This document shows, piece after piece, positions 29,539 through 37,874 of a DNA stretch of 64,000 bases (position 1 is the first letter of the stretch; every line of letters begins with the position of its first letter). The stretch comes from a phage: the NCBI GenBank assembly GCA_020241865.1, contig GCA_020241865.1_4709.1; one strand, given 5' to 3'. The notes under the pieces were generated by a model. The model was not told the DNA's origin and searched no databases. It saw only the letters and a list, made by a program, of their open reading frames with translations. A program made the position numbers and the translations under genes.

Positions 29539-31199
29539 GCGAACAAGAAAAAGAAGTCGTGACGAATCAGGAAGCCGTTGAGCGTTCAGAGTCGTCCGTT
29601 GAAACAACGATTCCGGCAAGTTCCGAGCCTGTTGGTTCCACACAGCAGGAAAGTAAAGACGAAGTAGTGGCTCCAGAAGCAACCCGTGAAGAAGAACCAT
29701 CACATCCACCGCTGGTCGATTTCTCGAAGGCAACGATACGTTTCCAATGCGAAGACATTCGTCCTAAGAGTCCGAAGAAAACAAAACGTCAGCCGTTGGT
29801 GTTACCGCTGTATTCTCCACGTGTGCAGACAACGTATTACCGGGAATACATCAACGAAGCAATGGATACCGTGCAAGCCATTGTCGCTCAACGCGGTAAA
29901 CCGACAGACGAACAATTTGATAAATTCAGTAAAGCGGTGGTGCAATCGGTTGCTGATGGACAATATCATCCGCGTGGCCCAGCTCACGATCGCGCCTTGG
30001 AACGTAAGGGCAGTCAGTGGACTAACGTACCCGTAGACTCATCGGGTGTTGGTCGCGTTATTCCTGGCATTCCACAACCGAACCGTATCCCTGATGATGT
30101 CGAAGCGCCGCTGACAGGAACCGATGCGATCTATTTTGCCATCCGTAATACGAAATCAGGTGCGCCTGCGGTAATGCCGTTATGGCATAGCGGTATTAAG
30201 CTGCAGTTTAATCCGCCGTCAAATGAACGTGTTGCAATTATGCACGAACGTATTGCACGCGATAAAATCCTGGGTGGACGTGATAGTACCGGTTTCCTGT
30301 TTTCAGCAACCTCGATTATCACCATGAAGCACGCTATCGAATTAGCATTAGAATGCTGCTACATGGCCAACGTACCGAACCTGGATATCCAGCGTTTGAA
30401 AGACATTATTCCGGTTACCGATGTTCCAGCGTTATTGCTGAACGTGCTGGTAACCATGTACCCGTACGGATATCCTTACGTACAGACCTGCTATCAGAAT
30501 CCAGAAACCTGCGACTATCGTGTTGAAGATACCGTAAGCTTTGCGAAACTCTATCAAGTTGACAACAGCGCGATAACCAAACGTATGCGACAGATCATGA
30601 CCGAAGGTCCGGTCATGACGGATGAACTTTTGCGTGAGTATGCAAACGAACTGGGTGAAACAAACTCCCGTACGCTGGATCTGTCCGACAACGGTTCTGT
30701 TATCATTGAACTTGAAGTACCGAAGATTTCACGTCAGATCGCCATGGGCGAACGCTGGTTAAGCGATACCCTGGAAGATCTGCGTGATATTCTATCGCGT
30801 CCGTCAATGACCGAAGAAGAGCGTGATCGTGTTATTCGTGAACGTCAGTTCTATAGCTGGATGCGTCAGTATGATGCGTGGATCAAATCGATGCACGTGT
30901 CAGTAAACGGTACCATGCGTCGTGTAAGCGATGCAGATACGGCAACGGTATTAGCACAGCTGTCACGAGACAGCGACCTTCGTGAACGTTATATTGACGG
31001 GTTGATGCAATTCATCGGTGATTCGACGATTGCGCTCGCAGCGATGCCTGCCTGGAAATGTCCGAAATGTAATGCCGATATTGCTGACAATCTGCGTGAC
31101 CAGAAATACTACGATCTGATTGCTTTGGATGTACCCCAGCTTTTTTTTACCCTAAACTCCGTCCAATCTCTTCAGGAGGGGATGGACGCGGTATTCTAA
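29535..31199 (+). CDS. hypothetical protein (554 aa as annotated), probably continues by -1 shift at T8 run into 31262..31621 frame (predicted fusion ~695 aa)
   Basis: acidic N-terminus; zero frame stops 16 codons after T8 run at 31141-31148; -1 frame open from 31100 to 31621. Confidence 0.75.
   Translation: MSEQEKEVVTNQEAVERSESSVETTIPASSEPVGSTQQESKDEVVAPEATREEEPSHPPLVDFSKATIRFQCEDIRPKSPKKTKRQPLVLPLYSPRVQTTYYREYINEAMDTVQAIVAQRGKPTDEQFDKFSKAVVQSVADGQYHPRGPAHDRALERKGSQWTNVPVDSSGVGRVIPGIPQPNRIPDDVEAPLTGTDAIYFAIRNTKSGAPAVMPLWHSGIKLQFNPPSNERVAIMHERIARDKILGGRDSTGFLFSATSIITMKHAIELALECCYMANVPNLDIQRLKDIIPVTDVPALLLNVLVTMYPYGYPYVQTCYQNPETCDYRVEDTVSFAKLYQVDNSAITKRMRQIMTEGPVMTDELLREYANELGETNSRTLDLSDNGSVIIELEVPKISRQIAMGERWLSDTLEDLRDILSRPSMTEEERDRVIRERQFYSWMRQYDAWIKSMHVSVNGTMRRVSDADTATVLAQLSRDSDLRERYIDGLMQFIGDSTIALAAMPAWKCPKCNADIADNLRDQKYYDLIALDVPQLFFTLNSVQSLQEGMDAVF
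31141..31148 (+). other. T8 homopolymer: candidate -1 ribosomal frameshift or transcriptional slippage site (or homopolymer sequencing error)
   Basis: U UUU UUU heptamer in frame of 29535..31199; -1 frame continues to 31621. Confidence 0.45.
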
Positions 31200-31261
31200 T
31201 CGATCCGCGATACGGGTTACATGACGGACAACTTGTTCGTAATGATGAAAAAATCTGGGAA

Positions 31262-31621
31262 TTGCTGTTAGCGCGTAAAGGCGATGGTGGCATGAAGCTG
31301 AACATCGAAATGGGTATTGCGTACGATACCATGTTTGGCTTGTACGATCGTGTTAACGACTGGACGCCGTTGAAATGGGTGGCTCAGCACCCCGCTGAAG
31401 ATCCCTGGGACAGATTGGGGATTAAACCCTTAATCGAAGATTATGTCCGATTCGGTATTAAAGAGTTCATGACGTTGGATGCGTTTTTACAAGCACCGTA
31501 TCCTTACGCGCAAATGGTACTCAAAATCGCACAAGACGAACTGCGGAAACGTAGTGCGGTACTGGACGACGATGAGGACAAGTTACGACGAGAAGAAGAA
31601 CGTTTACGAAACGGAAAATAA
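31262..31621 (+). CDS. ORF probably expressed as C-terminal extension of 29535..31199 rather than independently
   Basis: track start is TTG with no RBS; first ATG (31292) has poor RBS; frame is open upstream through the T8 run. Confidence 0.45.
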   Translation: MLLARKGDGGMKLNIEMGIAYDTMFGLYDRVNDWTPLKWVAQHPAEDPWDRLGIKPLIEDYVRFGIKEFMTLDAFLQAPYPYAQMVLKIAQDELRKRSAVLDDDEDKLRREEERLRNGK

Positions 31622-31622
31622 A

Positions 31623-32132
31623 ATGGCGAGATTTACCAGTTTGATTGGGTTGGATATTTGGGAAACACCGGCTGACGTTCGGGTTATTCCTGTTAACACC
31701 GTCGGTGTGATGGGACGTGGTCTTGCCAAACAGGCAGCCGATCGTGTACCCGGTCTTCTTGAAGCGTACCGTAAGCAATGTCAAGATGGGTTTAAGGTGG
31801 GCGAAGTCGTGTCGTATCAACACGGTGATAACGATCAACTCACCTACGTGTTGTTTCCATCAAAATCGGATTGGCGTGAAAGAACACGACGCGAGTATAT
31901 CGTTAACGGTTTACTGGCGTTAAAAGCATGGTTACTGGAGCTTCAGTTCGAAAGAGACGGCTTCTCATATCGGCGTCCGGCTGAACCGCTGATCGTTGCA
32001 ATTCCTCCGGTTGGTTCTGGTTGCGGTAATATCGGTTACGGACAATCCGAAACAATCCAGCCTCAGTGGGTACGCGCACAAATCAAACAGTATCTTGCCA
32101 CCGTACCGAACGTTCATTTCTACTTGTTCTAA
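31623..32132 (+). CDS. macro-domain protein (ADP-ribose binding/hydrolase-like)
   Basis: N-terminal VIPVNTVGVMGRGLAKQAADRVPG and C-terminal IVAIPPVGSGCGNIGYG blocks resemble macro-domain signatures (cf. YmdB); ATG 31623 (MARFTSL). Confidence 0.65.
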   Translation: MARFTSLIGLDIWETPADVRVIPVNTVGVMGRGLAKQAADRVPGLLEAYRKQCQDGFKVGEVVSYQHGDNDQLTYVLFPSKSDWRERTRREYIVNGLLALKAWLLELQFERDGFSYRRPAEPLIVAIPPVGSGCGNIGYGQSETIQPQWVRAQIKQYLATVPNVHFYLF

Positions 32133-32143
32133 CGCAACGGTAA

Positions 32144-32186
32144 CATAACCCTCTCCCTTCCCTGCTGGGTTGGGAGAGGGCTTATG
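32144..32186. terminator. GC-rich palindromic hairpin (family member, reverse orientation) between convergent genes
   Basis: CATAACCCTCTCCCTTCCC-TGCT-GGGTTGGGAGAGGGCTTATG = reverse complement of the 1365 copy apart from loop. Confidence 0.6.
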
Positions 32187-32197
32187 CTGTTATGCTA

Positions 32198-32572
32198 TTA
32201 ATGTTCGTTCCAGATGGCATCTTCCGGTGGAACAATAGGATCTTTCTTCGGCATTGATGGCACTTCATGGCGATGTTTACGGAACTGCCTATCAATAACC
32301 TCACGAAGCCGGTACGCATCAACCCATGTTGATTTATTGAACAGCTCCAATGTCACAGTTAATCGTGTTCTTGACATTGAATAGCTTTTCTTTGCAATCA
32401 AATTGGGATAATTCAGTTGAGCGAACCACGCACGTATTTGTGCTTCGGTAAAAGCGATGCTGTAATAACTAAGTTTACCGTCATTAAAATCGTGCGCGTG
32501 GGTGTAACGTCCAGCGTAACGCCAGACAAGATGCACATTCAGATCGATCCATGGTGGGGTGGTATCAGCCAT
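32198..32572 (-). CDS. hypothetical protein (124 aa)
   Basis: ORF convergent with macro gene across GC hairpin. Confidence 0.6.
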   Translation of the reverse strand: MADTTPPWIDLNVHLVWRYAGRYTHAHDFNDGKLSYYSIAFTEAQIRAWFAQLNYPNLIAKKSYSMSRTRLTVTLELFNKSTWVDAYRLREVIDRQFRKHRHEVPSMPKKDPIVPPEDAIWNEH

Positions 32573-32581
32573 GTGTTACCC

Positions 32582-33151
32582 TCAACGATTCTTCATCACT
32601 TTACCCAGGCTTTCGATATTATCCCAAAAGCGATTTTTACTTGGCGCATCGCCGACGATAACCGACATCAAATCACGACGTTCGCGACTGATGATGCCTT
32701 GTGATTTCCAGATCACCATCGTCCAGCAAGCGGCCAGAACGAACAGATGGTTAATGCTCGGTTTGGTTTGCGCGATGAACGCAAGCCATGCCCAGATACC
32801 GGTGTATACTAGCGTCACTAAAAAGAGCGAGATTGTTGCAACGACAACAACGAAGTTTTGGACAGCGGGTTGATTAGCGTTATCATGAATAGCGGTAAGA
32901 TCAGGAAGATTACCTTCAACTGAACTCGTTTCATCGATTTCCAATTCTTCGATTTCTTTTCGTGTGTCAGGAGCTAATCCAGCATCATCGAGATGCTTTT
33001 TTAACCGCTGTATGCTTAATCGTTGACCGACAGGAATGTTGATGTTGTCGTAACTATTAAGCGCATCAACCAGGGAGCGTCCATCAACGAGAACCAAGCT
33101 CGCGGTACCCATCGTTTGCGGTTTTATTTTGTAAAGGTCTTTTACTTTCAT
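32582..33151 (-). CDS. membrane protein (189 aa, 2-3 predicted TM helices)
   Basis: hydrophobic segments VVVVATISLFLVTLVYTGIWAWLAFI and LFVLAACWTMVIW. Confidence 0.65.
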   Translation of the reverse strand: MKVKDLYKIKPQTMGTASLVLVDGRSLVDALNSYDNINIPVGQRLSIQRLKKHLDDAGLAPDTRKEIEELEIDETSSVEGNLPDLTAIHDNANQPAVQNFVVVVATISLFLVTLVYTGIWAWLAFIAQTKPSINHLFVLAACWTMVIWKSQGIISRERRDLMSVIVGDAPSKNRFWDNIESLGKVMKNR

Positions 33152-33172
33152 GTAGACACCACCTCCAACGTG

Positions 33173-35785
33173 TTAAGCGTCCGGCGTAAAATCAAAAGGA
33201 ATGTCCGTACGAATGATATCATAACGTTTTCCGAGGAAATAAAACTCTTCGGGAACCTGACCGGGAATAATGCTATCACCGATGAACTGCGGATACGCCC
33301 AGATGTACTGAGTGAGTCCTTCGAACATATCCAGGTTATTTGCGTGGTTACCCATGATACGTTTCCAGAGTTCGCGTTTATACGGCGTTTTAACATCGAA
33401 ACCATAAAGCGGTGCAAGATCTTCACCAGGAACAAATCCCAGGTAATAGTGAATCTGACTAACCGGGAAACCAAGCGTATCTCGCGGAATGGTGATCGCT
33501 TGCTCAGCTTTGGTGACATGCGTTTCAATAATCCAGTCGTAACACTCTGAATAGAACCGATCGAATTTCTCTGGATTATACCACGCTTTGGGAAGATTCA
33601 GTTTCTCCGTGAACGCATTCGACATGATCGTCGGTAAGAACGGAAGAACACCGGTTTTGATCTGCGTGTATTTCGATTTTACCCGGTTAGCCAAATTCCA
33701 GCAACTGTATCCTAACTGTTCGTTACAAAACTCAACGTAGAGATCGTAATCACCGCCGGATAATGGGTTGTTGATATCACCAATGTCTGCAGCGTATTTG
33801 TTGGGATATCGGTTATTGAAAGCCAGTTTGGTTTGGTAATCGTAGATACACGGTTTGTTGTTCGCTGTATTGATCCACCACCAGGGTTCACCCACCTGTA
33901 CACAAATGTCCTGGACATGAGGGTAAATAATATCGGCAAACGCGGTTAACACATCCCCTAACCACGCCATCGCCTGTTGGTTACATGGAGACAGCAACCA
34001 GGATGGTGGTGTATATCCGGTTGCTGCGATGTTTCCTTCCCAATCCTGCTGCGCCCACTCGAACGGGCATGCTGTACTCATCAATTCGTAACTTAAACTG
34101 ATGGTGACAGAGAAATGGTGTTTTGCAGCATATGCGGCGAAAGCTTCATGCCACGCGATACAGGGTGGATTTAATACATCCGTGGTGTTCACCAGTAACT
34201 TACCCGCACTTGGCGTCCAGACAGTATCGTAGAAATGCGACATTCCAACATAATGCACTAATTCATCTTGATACCCCGCATAAACCAGGTTCTCAAATAC
34301 GCGCTCCGGCGTGATGTTGTAATGGTCATCATAAGCGGTTATCGCACGAAGTTCGTGTGGTGTACAGTGGTGACGATTAACCGTCATTTCCTGATACACC
34401 CCATCGATAGGAAGAATCTCGAGGGTTAAACCGAGGTCGATTGGCGTTTCCAGATAGGTCGTTTCAGTCGCACCTTCCTTATAATGTCGAGAACTCATGC
34501 TGAACATCAACGATGCTACCGATTCGAGTTCGATAGGCTCGTCAGCATAGAACCCCGCCATTGCGTCATTGAAATCGATCGTTACGATTGCGCTTCTACC
34601 GTCTTCAGAGACATCGGTGGCGTATCGGGTTAATGAGATATACTGACGGCTATCGTCTTTGTGTACGACGGTTAAAACCGGCGGGTTTTCGGTATCTGCA
34701 AAGTTACGCTGATCGCCAGTAAACGTGATCTTCGCTTTAAAGATCAAACCGAATAACGACGTCATGGGATCATACGCAATACAACCGTGATCCAGCGTAT
34801 CCGTTGTCCGCCATTCTATCCCGACCAACCCGTTAGCGGTATGGCATCGCATATACGCATTAAGTACCATGTCTTCACTGACAACCGCGAAGTTCTCTGT
34901 TGACTGACCGTTGATAATCCAATACATCGGTTGCCAGAGGTTACGCGTACCTTTTGCGTAGCGGTAGGTTGGTGCGCCTTTGGGGTTGCCATTATTAAGA
35001 TGGAATACTGCAGTACCTTGATAATGGTCGTTCGTATTAATCGGAACACTGTAAGCGTCACCGAGGTCCGTACGTTCCACCTTCGTGACCGTTGCGTTTT
35101 CAAATAACCCACGCAGCGCGGGTAAACCGATATCTTCAGGCGCGTTTTCTCGACGAATCGCATCCGCGATGCGATGGGCTAAGGCGGGGTAAATAGCTTC
35201 ACCCTGTTGTAGGTTTGCAAGACCTACAAAGCGATCAGGGTCGATACCAGCAATCAATAACTCAACATCACCCTTCGTTCTATCGTCGTTAAGATATTTC
35301 AGTCCGGTAAGGTCAAGATGCTGAATAAGCGACAACAGGTTGTATTTACGGTTTTCAACAGTTAGTACAAGATCGCCTGCCCAAACCAAACTTCCCTCAT
35401 CCGCTGTTACTTTAACAGATTGTCGGCCTGTGGTAGACGTTGTTGTCGTTTTATTTAATTGTCCTTGTAGGAAGTCGGTTGCGAGGTCAAAGGCAATGCC
35501 GTAACGGTCAGCGACCGCTTGCATGATTTCACGTAACTGGGTATCTTCTTCAATGATAATCTTGACAGGTATTCCCAGGAACGCTTTAGCGAGGTCTCGT
35601 TTAACCAACGAGACGAATACGGATTTGTAGTATCGGCTTCCATCTTTCCCTTTAAAAAGAATGGAGGTTGTTTCGGGTGCCGATAGAACACGTGCAAATA
35701 CAACATCGTCGGAAGTAAGAGAAAGTCCGTTTTTCTCGTTGACCAATCCTAGTATTTCATTTTGCGCGGTTTCATGTAACTTCAT
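33173..35785 (-). CDS. tail fibre/tailspike-like protein (870 aa) with shared N-terminal anchor domain
   Basis: N-terminal ~130 aa (YxSVFVSLVKRDLAKAFLGIPVKI, RYGIAFDLATDFL) paralogous to N-termini of 41406..41933, 42090..43844, 47493..48323. Confidence 0.7.
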   Translation of the reverse strand: MKLHETAQNEILGLVNEKNGLSLTSDDVVFARVLSAPETTSILFKGKDGSRYYKSVFVSLVKRDLAKAFLGIPVKIIIEEDTQLREIMQAVADRYGIAFDLATDFLQGQLNKTTTTSTTGRQSVKVTADEGSLVWAGDLVLTVENRKYNLLSLIQHLDLTGLKYLNDDRTKGDVELLIAGIDPDRFVGLANLQQGEAIYPALAHRIADAIRRENAPEDIGLPALRGLFENATVTKVERTDLGDAYSVPINTNDHYQGTAVFHLNNGNPKGAPTYRYAKGTRNLWQPMYWIINGQSTENFAVVSEDMVLNAYMRCHTANGLVGIEWRTTDTLDHGCIAYDPMTSLFGLIFKAKITFTGDQRNFADTENPPVLTVVHKDDSRQYISLTRYATDVSEDGRSAIVTIDFNDAMAGFYADEPIELESVASLMFSMSSRHYKEGATETTYLETPIDLGLTLEILPIDGVYQEMTVNRHHCTPHELRAITAYDDHYNITPERVFENLVYAGYQDELVHYVGMSHFYDTVWTPSAGKLLVNTTDVLNPPCIAWHEAFAAYAAKHHFSVTISLSYELMSTACPFEWAQQDWEGNIAATGYTPPSWLLSPCNQQAMAWLGDVLTAFADIIYPHVQDICVQVGEPWWWINTANNKPCIYDYQTKLAFNNRYPNKYAADIGDINNPLSGGDYDLYVEFCNEQLGYSCWNLANRVKSKYTQIKTGVLPFLPTIMSNAFTEKLNLPKAWYNPEKFDRFYSECYDWIIETHVTKAEQAITIPRDTLGFPVSQIHYYLGFVPGEDLAPLYGFDVKTPYKRELWKRIMGNHANNLDMFEGLTQYIWAYPQFIGDSIIPGQVPEEFYFLGKRYDIIRTDIPFDFTPDA

Positions 35786-35807
35786 TAAAAACCTCAGCCC
35801 TTTAGAA

Positions 35808-36449
35808 TTAAATGTACTGCTTACCGCCCACGAAGGAAGTTAACCAGTTCCCGCTGACGAGTTGTGATACCCAGCCTGGAACGGCTCTACCATTCTGGCT
35901 CATGATGTTACCACACCAACCAGGGAATCCGGGACGGATGTAATAGAAAGTTAAATTGTAGAGATGGCAATTCCATACCGCAACGTTATGTTTACCAGAA
36001 ACCGCTTTAAAGACAAACGCGACAGGTAACGGAGACGATAACAATTCGGTCACAGGGACGGCTGACCAGTTCGCATTCGCGTTCCATGGTTGCCAGGTAT
36101 GGCTGCGCGAGTCGCAATATACGTTACCGTTGTTACCGCGCCCACCCGCATTCCACCACAGCGACGGACTCATGTTCTTAAGTGAGGTAAATTGCTGCGG
36201 TGGAATATTAGGAATAATAACAGGGTTGGTACCTTGCCCATGTTTCTTTTCTTTTGCGTTCACATACCCGCTTATCGATTCGAGGTATTTGACACCAGGA
36301 TAATTATTCTGGACTTGTGTCGCAATATCACGAACATCGAACGTCCAGCAGATCATGGTGTTGTAGTAAGCATCGGTGTTGTCGTACCATGCGTTACCAT
36401 CTTGTAAACGTGCGCCACTATTCGGTGTTTTATCTGTGTTTATAGCCAT
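35808..36449 (-). CDS. hypothetical protein (213 aa), paralog of 36561..37277 (conserved C-terminal 45 aa)
   Basis: C-terminus RPGFPGWCGNIMSQNGRAVPGWVSQLVSGNWLTSFVGGKQY nearly identical to neighbour. Confidence 0.75.
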   Translation of the reverse strand: MAINTDKTPNSGARLQDGNAWYDNTDAYYNTMICWTFDVRDIATQVQNNYPGVKYLESISGYVNAKEKKHGQGTNPVIIPNIPPQQFTSLKNMSPSLWWNAGGRGNNGNVYCDSRSHTWQPWNANANWSAVPVTELLSSPLPVAFVFKAVSGKHNVAVWNCHLYNLTFYYIRPGFPGWCGNIMSQNGRAVPGWVSQLVSGNWLTSFVGGKQYI

Positions 36450-36547
36450 AGTGTTGTCCTATACTGCGATGATTGAGATATCGGATGCCGGATGTGTGTT
36501 GCCATCAGGTGGTACGTACAGAAACACCCACAGATAAAACAGTAGCT

Positions 36548-36578
36548 TATCTAACTTCAATTAAATTGAAGTTAGATA
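36548..36578 (-). terminator. perfect 15-bp inverted repeat (1-nt spacer), AT-rich hairpin overlapping stop codon of 36561..37277
   Basis: TATCTAACTTCAATT-A-AATTGAAGTTAGATA; followed on minus strand by U-rich sequence. Confidence 0.45.
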
Positions 36579-37277
36579 TTGTTTACCTCCAACAAACGAC
36601 GTTAACCAATTACCTGAAACAAGTTGCGATGCCCAGCCAGGCACTGCCCTACCGTTCTGGCTCATCACGTTACCTGCCCATCCCGGAAAACCAGGTCGGA
36701 AAATATATACTTGAATATGTGTTAAAGCGTTATCATTACCACCGCCAACAGCAACGTTACGACTCCCAGATGACGGGAAATATTCTTTTAAGAACAGAGG
36801 ATCGGTTGCTAATAAAGATGCGGGCCAAGGGTTCGCAGATGCATCAACATCGAATTCGGTCCATCGCCATTTACGTCCCGTGTCGAACCATGTCGATGTA
36901 CCACCACCCCTCACGACAAGATTGCGCGCATCATGGACATTATAAATTGATTCGATGTTACGCCATCCACCTTTTGCAGCGTTTGCTGCATAGCAAACCG
37001 CATTACCACCATTCTTCTTCTCGTAAACGGTTCGTTTGATATGAACACGGTCGATGAACGCTTCACCGTATTTGTTGACGAGCGTTTGTGCGATATCACG
37101 AAGATCGTGCATGTGAAAAGCGATGTCTTCGTTATGGAACCATGTTGTCTGGTTCCAGACGGTACCGTTTGGTTCGGCACACATCGATCGGATATTGTTG
37201 CGTTGATTAATCGCGATAAAACCCATTGTATACCTCGTTCCTATTCTCAAAAAGGAAATTTCATACGATGACGCCAT
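36561..37277 (-). CDS. hypothetical protein (~238 aa), paralog of 35808..36449
   Basis: ORF 36561..37313; N-terminal 12 codons of track ORF translate the GC hairpin; ATG 37277 has AGGAGG RBS. Confidence 0.7.
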   Translation of the reverse strand: MASSYEISFLRIGTRYTMGFIAINQRNNIRSMCAEPNGTVWNQTTWFHNEDIAFHMHDLRDIAQTLVNKYGEAFIDRVHIKRTVYEKKNGGNAVCYAANAAKGGWRNIESIYNVHDARNLVVRGGGTSTWFDTGRKWRWTEFDVDASANPWPASLLATDPLFLKEYFPSSGSRNVAVGGGNDNALTHIQVYIFRPGFPGWAGNVMSQNGRAVPGWASQLVSGNWLTSFVGGKQYLTSI

Positions 37278-37314
37278 AGCAGCTCCTCCTTCCCTTACGG
37301 GTTGGAGGAGCATA
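37275..37314 (-). terminator. GC-rich palindromic hairpin (family member, reverse orientation) containing the AGGAGG RBS of 36561..37277
   Basis: CTCCTCCTTCCC-TTAC-GGGTTGGAGGAG. Confidence 0.55.
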
Positions 37315-37319
37315 CTTAA

Positions 37320-37826
37320 TTACTTACTGATAACCTCAACGGAGTTGGGATCAGCGATCAATGCACGATCGGTAGAACAGTTGAAGAAGACCATACCAAC
37401 ACCATCACCGTTCGAGTTCAGGGTTGAACTTACATAAGACAGGGTTGGTTTATTCATGCGGTAGAAGCGTTCGCTGGTAGTGGTATTGAACCCCAGATCA
37501 ACGTAGTCTTTCACCGTGGTGTACAACTGTGTGGACTCGAAAACGGTTACCGGAGAGTCAACGGTAAACTGACTGCCTTCATCCACAACCAGAACTTTAT
37601 CGTTCCAGATTTCAGTGGTTGAAAACTTCGGTTTCCAGTGTTCGAATTCCTGGGTTGCGCCCCAGCAAGAATAAACAGCGAGATTGCTGTTCTTCTCAAC
37701 AGGTTTCAACCCCACCAGTTGTGTCAGGTCTTTATCCAGGTTCGGTAAGCCTTCCAGCGTAGCGCACCCACCCAGAGAAAGTACCATCAACATACCAAGA
37801 ACGATCGCGCAGAGTTTTTTCATCAT
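37320..37826 (-). CDS. predicted lipoprotein (~168 aa)
   Basis: signal peptide MMKKLCAIVLGMLMVLSLGGC with lipobox-like LGGC; ATG 37826 with AGGAA RBS; immediately downstream of tail fibre gene. Confidence 0.7.
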   Translation of the reverse strand: MMKKLCAIVLGMLMVLSLGGCATLEGLPNLDKDLTQLVGLKPVEKNSNLAVYSCWGATQEFEHWKPKFSTTEIWNDKVLVVDEGSQFTVDSPVTVFESTQLYTTVKDYVDLGFNTTTSERFYRMNKPTLSYVSSTLNSNGDGVGMVFFNCSTDRALIADPNSVEVISK

Positions 37827-37874
37827 TAGATTTCCTTGTGTGTTAACGGAAGTGACTTCCATAAGGATTGATGA

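Noticed and set aside
31100-31621. Interpretation of the T8 site as a classical tail-assembly-chaperone G/GT frameshift
   Set aside because: The upstream ORF is 554 aa with an acidic N-terminus, far larger than G-type chaperones, and no tape-measure gene follows on this strand; the recoding or error hypothesis is kept, the G/GT identity is not.
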